From contig JBHGNT010000112.1 in NCBI GenBank assembly GCA_043228905.1, forward strand, positions 1-64,000: 64,000 nt of DNA, given 5' to 3'. This DNA comes from Azolla caroliniana. Its lineage: Eukaryota; Plantae; Polypodiophyta. Of this stretch, positions 9,367-19,700 are shown piece after piece; position 1 is the stretch's first letter; the number at the start of each line of letters is the position of its first letter. Made by a program: the position numbers and the translations under genes. Below the pieces are notes generated by a model, which did not search any database, was not told the DNA's origin, and saw only the letters and a program-made list of their open reading frames with translations.

Positions 9367-12300
9367 ATGTCTTCAAAGAGAATCGAGCGCGAGGACTCCA
9401 GGTAGGCCTCTGACACTGTGGACATTTTTGTAAATATGTTTCGTTTCTCAAGAACTCGATACGCCGTATCGAGTTCATGTATACAATACAAATATTTATA
9501 CATGAACTCGATACGGCGTATCGAGTTCATAATTTAATTTTGCTTTTTATACATGAACTCGATACACCGTATCGAGTTCCTGTTTAAAACCTACACTTTA
9601 AACAGGAACTCGATACGCCGTATCGAGTTCGTGTTTAAAGTGTAGGTTTTAAACACAAACTCGATACGCTACACTTTAAACACGAACTCGATACGGCGTA
9701 TCGAGTTCCTGTTTAAAGTGTAGGTTTCAAATAGGAACTCGATACGGCGTATCGAGTTTGTGTTTAAAGTGTAGGTTTTAAACACGAACTCGATACGGCG
9801 TATCGAGTTCCTGTTTAAAGTGTAGGTTTTAAATACGAACTCGATACGCCGTATCGAGTTCCTGTTTAAAGTGTAGGTTTTAAACAGGAACTCGATATGC
9901 CGTATCGAGTTCCTGTATATAAGAAGGCTTTGAGAGAGAAAAATTGTATTTTTGGGGTAACAAATAATTTTGGGATGGAAAAGTTATCAAATTGTCTGGC
10001 AAAATCAGTCTTTTTATGTTGGCTTTCCTTACTTTTAAAAAAAAACATGCTCTAATTATAGGTGTTTTATGACCTAATTTAGCTTAAAATAGTAGAAAAT
10101 GATCCACAAATTGCCTTTACGATAGCAAATTCTCGTCAATATAGGTTTGGAATCTATATAAGTCATACCTACTATTTAAAAGAATATATAAGCCTTTTTA
10201 CTTATTACGATATATATTTTCTAGGTTGAATAGCCCTGCCTATAATAGATTTTTGAATATAGGACTGCTCCTGGGAACTGTTCTTCATGTTAATATACAA
10301 CCTTAATCTACGTGACTACCTAACTTATGTTTTTGCATATACTTTCTTAAATAGGTCGTTTGAAAACCTGTCGGACCGACCGGTGAAGAAAATAAAGCTT
10401 CGCATACAAGGTTCTCCAATCGAAGCCCAGACCAAGGTAGCTCCTGAGACCATGAAGAGAGGAAAAAAGCTTCTCTTTAACGAAGAGACAAAATCTTAGC
10501 CACATAGTGATGTTAGCCAAAAGAAACTTGTCGCCGCTACTGGAGGTGAAGACCTTCCTGACCGAGATCTAACGGACAAGGAATGGTGTATGCAATATGT
10601 CGACTCAAAGAAAAAAGTTGTATTGTATACAGCAAAGAAGAAGGGTGAGGGGCAACTTGGAAAGGAAACCCCATTTATGTATGGCCGTATTCTACGATTT
10701 GACTACGAAGATGCAGATTCGGCCAACATACTGGTAATGATAGAGTGCTCCAAGGGGGTACGTAAAGTGTTCCTTTCAGAAGACCTTTTAGTAAAAGAAT
10801 CTTGTGGGCCAGAAGTGTTCAAAAAAACACTTGATAGCTCACAAAACCTTATTGTTACCTTGAGTCCTTATATACAAGGCCATGTAACTCTAAGAGATGA
10901 AGTGCCCTCCCCATTGAAGCCAACAAAAAAGGTTTCCAAAGTCCAGTCAAGACCAGCAAAGAAGAAGACAACGAAAATGTCGGATACGGATTCAACAAGT
11001 GAAAACGAAGAGGAGGATAATAAGGGGACGCCAGGAGCTGAGCTGGCCTTGGGTGTTTTGTCATCCGAGCAAAATAAAATAAGGAGAGAGTTAATGCAAC
11101 GGAAGCTGGTCAGGAAAGGGCAAGTATTTAATTTACCTATAACACACATCCATCGGCCCCCTATTGATGAAAAAACAGGTCAAAGACCACTTGAGATTAG
11201 AGAGCCTCACCGCATGCATGTTCAAAATCTCAAGAAAAAAATGAAAATTAATCCTCATGCCACTGTGGTGCCTTTTATTGTTATGGTAGATCCTGAAGAA
11301 TGTGAAACCATTGAAGATTTTGATATTAGAAAACATGATCAATATAATTATTTTGTCATTGGTGGTCGCATTCAGCAGAGGCACGTCGGCAACTTGTGAG
11401 AGAACATCCAACCACTTTCTTCTTCAAGTATGCCGAGTGCAAAATTTATGTTGGGCTCACAACCGAAGAGGCTAAGCTGTTGGCATGGGACCATAATAAT
11501 GATAATGACTATAGGCAGAAAATGTCGTCCATTGAGCGTATATGGTTCTTCCACCACGAGTATTTAGATGTGAAACAAAAGTTTGGTGTGAAGTTACATC
11601 CAGGCCTTCGACGTCAATGTCTGCATGAAGTCGGCATTGTGGTAGATGATAATGTTAGGTCCGATGGTCTTCGAAAGTATGAGTCTTGGTTTCAATTGGC
11701 GTTTAGAGATGGAGAAGTATGGGACCTACAAGATCAAATCTTCTCAATGTGGGAGAATAAGGAGGTAAAGGGTCAACGACAAAAGAAATGTAGGGTTGAC
11801 CCTCAACTAGAGTTAAAGTCACAAGCCGCCAAGAAAATTGACTTGACAATTGAAGAAGCGGCAGATGACATGAAGTTGTCTCTATGGAGAGCGATGCAAG
11901 GTATTAAGGACGAGCAACTTCTTGTGTCGGTTTTGTCAAGGGTTGTGGCGAAAGATTTAAGCCTTGAAGAAATGGTCACTGAGTTCAATAAGTAAGTCCC
12001 TCAAATACTGAAATTGTAGTCTATCTAGTGTAATTCAAAGTTCTAATCTTGATTTCTAATTTTACAGTCATAAGGTGTACATGAAGATCCAAGAAGTTAT
12101 GATGAAACAACTTGGATGTATAACTTGGGAACAAGTGACCGAGGATTATCCTCTAACGTCTTCGTATAAGGCGTTATCAGAGTATTTTATTGCATTCAAG
12201 GATTGGGTTAGTATTCATGTTTTTTCATTACCCTTTCATCATATGTAGAGCTTGTATAATAATACCTGATGTCCTATTGCTTCTATTAGAAACCGTGTCG

Positions 12301-12756
12301 AGGCAAGAAACAAGGAGAAGTTAAGGATATACACGATTTCCCTACATCCTTCCTTGCACATCTTGAACGAGCCAGAAAAGAAAAGGATCGTCGCTTAGTC
12401 AAGGCGTACGAAATGGAGGAAGATGGCTCCTTTAAAAAATTTAGCCACAAAAAAGATATTACAAGAGATCTTTACTACAATGTGGTTTGCGGTGATGTCA
12501 TCGACTTGATCCAGAAGGTGCCAAAGAAGGAATATACGCTAATGATTGCGGATATTCCTTACGGATTTCGAATGGCTGGGTCATCATACGACGATGAACC
12601 GTTTAGGTTTAAACAATTGGAGAAGATGGTCAAGGATTTCGCTGAGCTAACGACCGCATCCTTGTGGTGAATAGTTGTCTTTCATAGTATGGACCAAGGG
12701 TACTCGGTAGCTCAAGCTTTGAGATCTCGTTGCCATGGCATCGAGAACCTTGCATG
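9367..12756 (+). pseudogene. Spliced gene for a ParB/Srx-like domain plus N6-adenine/N4-cytosine DNA methyltransferase catalytic region; two stops, one frameshift, 3' part missing
   Basis: Frame-compatible exons 9367-9401, 10355-11991, 12068-12206 and 12290-12756 with GT...AG introns. Lesions: TAG 10497-10499, 1-bp deletion near 11366, TGA 12668-12670. Repairing the frameshift gives YFVIGGSHSAEARRQL (ParB-like GxHxxxA). The last exon reads VVCGDVIDLIQKVPKKEYTLMIADIPYG...IVVFHS...IENLAW, a DPPY-like motif IV in beta-class order. Confidence 0.75.
9452..9912. repeat. Array of 25-bp palindromes GAACTCGATACG(C/G)CGTATCGAGTTC with ~26-bp AT-rich spacers (51-bp period), inside intron 1
   Basis: Full copies start at 9452, 9504, 9555, 9606, 9684, 9735, 9786, 9837 and 9888; a half copy starts at 9657. 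Confidence 0.95.
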
Positions 12757-12859
12757 GTAAGGATTATTTATAGGTGTCTTTCACTATATTGCATTTCTTA
12801 AGGTTGTTGAATCTATTCTTAACTCGATGCAAAATTAGACAGTCGTAAGCGTCTTGTTC

Positions 12860-14470
12860 GGTTGTCGACAACTTGACTGATGTTTTATGAACTACCGCAT
12901 TAAGAGCAGTCACCACATCCGGTGTCGTGAAGATTCCCGGCCTTAGCGAGAAAACAGGGAATAATGGGAACATCGGCAGGGTGCGGCATGGGCACCCACC
13001 CTTGTGTATACGTGCAAATAAGAGGGGCTCCTTTATGGCGACGAACAGGAGTTAATTCGGGACAGAGGATCCCATGTACAACGGGATTTATCCCACATTG
13101 TTACGCATCCGTCTCCTTGTTCTATAAAAGGAAGGGAGCATCCCTTGTAAAAGGGTTCCTCATTTTGAGGTTCCATAGGTCCCCTTTAGCCGGTTCCATT
13201 TTTGGGTTTCTTCATAATAGAGTTTGTTTCCATTTTGTTCATCTAGGGTTTTGTCTTATACACTAAGCTTCGTGTTGTGAGGCTAGAGTTGAGTTCCCTG
13301 TCTTTTGTTTTGTTAGGTCTCTGTTCTCTGTTAGGGTGGTTGTTGTCTCTATGTTGTTGTTGTTCGTGACGAGCCTGAGTGCTCGAAGGCATCGGTCCTC
13401 AGCTTTCTCTCTCTCTCTCGTGCAAGATCCCCACTCGCGTACGCGAGCCTGAGTGCTCCTTGACTGACAGCTTGGCGACAGAAGACTGTTGTTCTAGAAG
13501 AGGCGTGCCTTGCACAAGACTCCAGTCTCGTTGGCGGGCCCGTGAGCTCCCGACTGGTTCTGGGATGTAGGCGCCCTCTTTGTCTCTGTGGTGAAACCAG
13601 CTTAGCCGACGTTGCAACGTGCTATGTACTTACACATATCTATGTCTATATATATAAGGATGTGTTTTGGGAGTTAGCTTAGGGGTCTCTGGTGCCTAGG
13701 TGCGAATGTGTGTGTTGGGTGTTGGTTTGGTGTGCTGCTTGTAATCGGTGTGTGTATATTGTGCGTGCGTGTGTGCGGGCGTGGTTAACCGGGCCGTGGC
13801 CTAAGCTTCTTTTGAGGCCCTTGTACACACGGGCAGGAGGGCCGCGTGGGTACACGCACACTCTCTTCCTTCAAGAGTCTAGGTCACTTCCGGAATGCAT
13901 CCGGAACCATCCGGGTCGGTCTTCCCCAAACACCATCCGGAACCAATCCTAGTCCATGACCCCGATGGTCCCGCCGAGATCCGACATGCAAGCGCAAGAT
14001 TCCGCGACATCTTAACCCGACGTGAAGGGCGGCAAAGGAGGATGGAGTTGGAAGACAAAGAATTCGAGAAGAAGAGGTGAAATGGGTGAGGTCGAAGAGG
14101 ACAACTGTTTCAATGGGGACGATGTCCCGCGACTTCCGCCAAAGACTCGACCACCTGGCATAAAGAGGAGAAGCTCTGAGAAGCTCACATAGCGTGGCCA
14201 CCCAGTCACGAAACGGAGGTGGCGTGCGAGGGCACAACATCACAATAGGAAGGGGGGCGCACAGAAAGAGGGACGTGGTCAAGGCGGAGGCCAATCGAGG
14301 TACGACGGTACTAGGCACGGAAGAGGGTGTGGAACGAGCCACCCTCTTTACATGGGGAGAAAGATCGACTAAGGGGAAGGTTGGAATTCGAGAAGAAGAT
14401 GATCGAGAGCAGACCCGACGTAAGCCCAAGAGACTGACGGTGGCGGCAAGGAGACAAGGGGGAAGGCTGC
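12860..14470 (+). mobile_element. Unclassified LTR-like/5' segment of a retroelement that interrupts the methyltransferase gene
   Basis: Abrupt compositional change, TATA-like CTATAAAAG near 13122, (CT)n and GT-rich tracts, short charged ORFs. No recognisable domain. Confidence 0.4.
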
Positions 14471-14471
14471 G

Positions 14472-14496
14472 AACCCTAAACCCTAAACCCTAAACC
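14472..14496. repeat. Three plant-type telomeric repeats (CCCTAAA) at a Gypsy pol breakpoint
   Basis: AACCCTAAACCCTAAACCCTAAACC directly abuts the minus-strand pol reading ...QHWINLHKDVKPV. Confidence 0.85.
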
Positions 14497-16722
14497 GGCT
14501 TTACGTCCTTGTGCAGATTAATCCAATGTTGGCAGAATGCCGGATCTAGGCCCTTCATATCTTTGAACGACCATGCAAACACATCTCTATATTGTCGCAG
14601 TAGTCGACCAATCTTGTCTTGTCGGGCGACTACATCTCTTTCGCTATGAGCACTATTTTCGGCTCTTTTTCATTGTTGGTGAGATTTAATTCCTCTAGTG
14701 TCGAAACTTGTACACACTCCGATACTTGCATTCCTTTCTCCATTGCTTTTTGTTGCTGTTGTAACTCCCTGAGAATTTTATCATCGATTCGCACATCATC
14801 CTCATTCTTGACCTCTGCGAGATATGGCATGAATACTTTGACGATGTCAATTTTGAATAATGCAATAATCGTGGAATTGTCTTCAAAATACTAATGTTCT
14901 TCTCCCTCGTCTAGTCCCTCCATCATACTAAAAGCCTCAGCATACAAAGGCACACATTACCGTGTTGTGGTGACTTTTTCCTGAGTCGAAACTTGAACCT
15001 TTGCTTTGCCCTTCCGGAATGTTAGAATATTCTTCTGCCAAATCTATTTACCATTGGCAGTTTGAAGCCATGGTCGGCCCAATAGTAGAGGGTAAGCTCC
15101 TTGTGCCTCCAAATGAAGTATGATGGCCAATATGTGACATGTATGACCACCAATAACAATATCAAGTTGTCAGATGAGCCCTATTGATCAGTCAAATAGT
15201 ATTGGTATCTACCATTCGTAGCCAGAATGGACATGCTTCCCAAGTAGTAATACCTAGGTGATCACAGGTGGTCTTGTTGATCACATTCACTCTTGATCCT
15301 CCATCCACTATGCTCCCCGAAACTTCTTGACCACGAATGATGACCTTAATTGTCGGGTTTTGTTCATCCATTATTGTCGGTCCTTTGATTGTAGTAAAAT
15401 TTACCAACACATTTTCCAACTCTTTTCTTGCGATAATGGTTCAGCCACCTTTTCTGTGAACCGAGGAACTAATTTTAGTAAGTCGGTCAATGCTAATGAT
15501 ATCTGGCAGTTGGCCAAGATTCTCAATGTTTCATCCTCGTCAGGTATAACAGTTGGTGCTTCCTCTTGTCGACTTCCTGACCTGTTTGTCGTGACATCCG
15601 GGGCAGTTTTCTCTTGCAGCATCCTGGCAACATTGTTGTTGTTCGCCTCCCCGACCCATTCCTTTGTTGCTTTCCTAACTGCCTACTCTATATCCCACTT
15701 TGATTGTTTCGTTTTGTTGTGACTTGTGACTTGATGAACCTCGGTAGTAACCATGTTTACTACCGGTGCCTTTCCTTTATCTTTAGTTGGGCATTGATTT
15801 GCTTAATGACAATCCTTTCTACAAATAGAGAAATTTGGCACTGTCAGCCCACTGGATTTGCCATTTTCGTATTGTGATTGCCAAACATCTTGTGGCTCTA
15901 TTTCATCTTTGGTTCTAGAATTATACTGAAATTGTCAAGATGCCTTAGGTCTTCTTTTGTCGTTTTGAAAGCGAAAATTATGTGGCCGATTGTCCTCATT
16001 TCTTCTTTGGTCATTAGGCCTTCTCTCATCATGATATTTATTAGCTCTATAAGGCTATTGATTATTTCTAACTTGGCAGGGTAAATATTCCCAGTCATCA
16101 CTATACCAACTACCCTTCGATACTCATCATGTTGATCCTCCTCTCCTCGATACTCATCATTGCGGCGATAATCGACTCATCGATTGCGATCCGACTAGTA
16201 GTGATCATCATACCTTGGCTGATCTTCTTCCCGAAACCTGTGTACTGACTGATTCCGATCCTCTTGGGGATCATCTTGCGGTTGTATATGTGTGATTGGT
16301 GCCCCAACTTTATTGAACAGATTGTACTCGCACTGGTCAATCGTATGCGCCTTGGAATGGTAGATCGAACAATGAGTGTGTAAAGTGCATTCGATGTAGA
16401 ATGCCTCAAATTGAGACATGACGTGCATTGGATTGCTTGTTGGAACCTCAACTATTCAGACGTTGGTAAAGACCGTTGTAATGACGCCATGGACAGACTA
16501 TTATTGGTCTATGTCTTGTCCATGACAAATGCTTTTTCAATCACATGTTCCAATGATTGATCCTTGAAATCGAACATGGCTAACGTTGTTCGAAGCGACT
16601 TTCGTAGTGTGGAAAAGAAAGGCTCTCTCAAGTCATCTTCTGGGAGAGGTTGTGCTAAGTATCATTGAAGGTTTGGAAACCTAATAATAAATTGTGGCAC
16701 AGCTTCATGGGCTTCTTGATAC

Positions 16723-19700
16723 TGTTGGGAGACAGGTCCCTCCGAATGGTGCAGACCCGGTGAAGACCGGATGAGGAGTACCCGGCTACAGAGAGCCAGA
16801 GGGTGCAGACCGGTGAAGACCGGATGAGGAGTACCCGGCTACGGAGAGCTGGATGGTGCAGACCCGGTGAAGACCGGATGAGGAGTACCCGGCTATGGAG
16901 AGCCGGATGGCGCAGACCCCGTGAGAATCGGATGAGGAGTACCCGGCTACGGAGAGCCGGATGGTGCAGACCCGGTGAAGACCGGATGAGGAGTACCCAG
17001 CTACGGAGAGCCGGATGGCGCAGACCCGGTGAGAACCGGATGAGGAGTACCCGGCTACGGAGAGCCGGATGACGTAGACCCGGTGAGAACCGCATGAAGA
17101 GACATATTCATAAATATGTTTCAGAGAGTCCATCGAGGCTATATTTGTAAATAGCCGAAAAGTCATATTAGTATAAATAAGACTTAGGGCAAACTTTTAT
17201 GTGGTTGTTGTTGTCATTTTCTTGTTGGTGCAAGAAGAAGAGAGAGCACGTAACAGTGTACAGAGAGAGAGAGAGAGAAAGAGGTCGCTGCCTCTGTTGT
17301 AACCGCCGCTTGTGGCGAAGATCGTGAGCACGAGGTCGTTGCCTCCGTGAACTCACTGTTTTGTACATTCCAACATAGTGATAGTTTGCAGCCTGTGGGC
17401 TGCCGTGGTTTTTCCCTCAGTTTGGGTTTTCCACGTAAACATCCTGTGTACCTTTTCTTCTCCTTTGTCGCGTGGTTTCCGTTTCCTGTTTTCTGTGTAT
17501 GAAAAGATTCTCGGTTGTGGCCGAGCGTTGGACATAAGGAGCGTTGAGTTCCCGTCAAGTGGTATCAGAGCGAAACGACACAGAAAATGGACGAATCGTT
17601 CGGCGGCATGTTCAAGCTCACCGGCTCCAACTATTCAGTGTGGAAGTCAAAGATGAGGGATATGCTCGTGGTTAAAGACCTCTGGCTGTCGGTTCAGTTC
17701 GGGGAAAAGAGACCGGACAAAATCGACGCCGCGATATGGGAGGTGATGCACATGAAGACAACGGCGTACATACGGTGCTTCATCGACATGAGCCTGTACA
17801 ACAACTTCAATGAAGAGAGCAAGGCTCATGAGCTCTGGGAGAAGATCGGCATAATGTTTCAAAACAAAAATGTTGTTAACCAGGTTTCGGTATTCCGGAA
17901 GCTAGTAAGACTCTGGTACCAAGATGGCTCCAGCATGGCGGAGCACATGAATGCCTTCCAGGCACTGATACACTAGGCAACATCATTGGAAGTACCTCTC
18001 GCCGACGAGGTACTAGCACTACTCCTGCTCGGCTCCCTCCCGGATAGCTGGGAGATGTTGGTTGTCACTTTGGGCAACGCCGGGCTGGAAGGTAAACGGT
18101 TATCCCTAGCAAGAGTAAAGTCGAGCTTGCTAGATGAGGAGGCGCGTCGGAAAGATAAAGATACGAGCTCCGACTCCAAAGCGCTCCTTACCGAATCGGA
18201 ACGCGGAAGACATAGAAACCGTAGTCCCCAGAACCGGGAGAAGTCGGGGACACGGTCAAAGTCAAGGGGGAGGCCCACTTGCTTCTATTGCGGCAAGCCG
18301 AGACACTTCCAAAAGAACTGTCGGCATTTCCGAAAAGATAAGGAGACCGACGATACCGATTCGAAGCGAACCCCGGACCGGAACGGTAAAGACCGGAGGG
18401 GGCCAGACCGGAAGGGAATGACGGCAATCGCGGCAAGTGAAGAAGAGTTGATGCTCATCACCGAGGAGAGTGAGATAAACCTTGCCGGCGACGAGATGAC
18501 CTAGGTGGTAGACTCCGGAGCATCGTTCCACCTTACCCCGGACCGGAAATGCTTCTCATCCTACTCAACCGGTGACCACGGCTGTGTCCGGATGGGGAAT
18601 GAAGGTACATGCCGAATTGTTGGCATAGGAGACGTGTGGTTGTCAACACCAACCAGATGCAAGTTGCTGCTGAGGGATGTCTGACACGTTCCGGAGGTTC
18701 GTCTGAACCTGATATCAGCCGGTCAGCTAGATGATGAAGGCTACACGGGTAGCATCCGGAACGGTGTCATGAAGTTCAGCAAAGCGAGCCTGATTGTGGC
18801 TCGGGCCCAGAAGGTCAACACACTGTACCTGATGAATGCCCGGTTATGTCCGGAGGAAGTGAACGTGGCATTCGACATTGTCGGTGAGCTGTGGCACAAA
18901 AGGCTGTGTCACATGAGCAAGAAGGGGATGAAGAGGCTTGCAGACGACAACCTCATTCCAGTGAAGAACGTGCACTTGGAGAAGTGCACTGATTGTCTGG
19001 CCGGTAAACAAAACCAGACCTCCTTCCGACCAAGGCCACCGATGAGACGTAATGCACCACTGGAGTTGGTGCATACGGATGTGTGTCAAGTAGACACGAA
19101 GTCACATGCCGGAGCGCAGTACTTTGTGACGTTTATAGATGACCACAACCGGAAGCTGTGGGCCACACTGTTGAAGACGAAGGATCAGGTGCTATTCGTC
19201 TTCAAAGAGCTCCACGCGAGAGTGGAAAGAGAAACCGGCCGGAAGCTGAAGGCGGTTCGAGCAGACAACGAAGGAGAATACCGGGGGCAGTTCGAGGAGT
19301 ACTACCGCTCGAAGGGAATCTGGCTCGAATCTACCGTGCCGAAGACGCCGGAACTAAACGGACTTGCCGAGAGGATGAACCGGACCATAATGGAGAGGGT
19401 CCGGAGTATGCTAGCGCATGCAAAACTACCCAAGAAGTTTTGGGCTGAGGCATTGTCAACGGCGACATACGTGATAAACAGATCACCCTCAATACCCTTG
19501 GACGGAGACACGCCACAGAGAGTATGGACCGGTAAGGAAGTGTCCTACCGGCATCTAAAGGTGTTCGGGTGTCTCGCGTACGTGCATGTAGCAAAGGACC
19601 GGAGAGGAAAGCTAGATCCAAAGACCCGGCCATGCATATTCCTCGGTTACGGTGACGATGAGTTTGGCTACCGAGTGTGGGACCCGGTCGACAAGAAGGT

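Larger units (their letters stand above)
5283..12840. mobile_element. Putative DNA transposon: transposase plus divergent ParB-like/DNA amino-methyltransferase cargo gene; right end lost to a later insertion
   Basis: AT-rich non-retroelement block between the Gypsy RNase H fragment and an LTR-like segment, containing two head-to-head genes. TIRs and TSD were not found, so boundaries are approximate. Confidence 0.65.

Noticed and set aside
9452-9912. CRISPR array
   Set aside because: Spacers are mostly copies of one sequence, no cas genes are present, and the array sits in a spliceosomal intron in eukaryotic DNA.
9367-12756. Bacterial or phage contamination explaining the ParB-MTase
   Set aside because: The gene has frame-consistent GT-AG introns, a TATA box and C>T lesions at CG/CHG sites, and it is embedded among plant retroelements.
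4602-14600. One Gypsy element cleanly split by the DNA transposon
   Set aside because: About 1 kb of RT expected between the two minus-strand pieces is missing and no TSD is visible, so they may be different copies.
16655-17166. Repetitive ORFs (RSRVLLIR / SVAGYSSS), and similar ones at 29599-30331, 42946-43371 and 48202-48867
   Set aside because: These are by-products of tandem repeats in LTRs or duplications, with no evidence of being real genes.
17560-17571. tRNA gene
   Set aside because: Only a 12-nt primer-binding site complementary to the tRNA-iMet 3' end; no cloverleaf.
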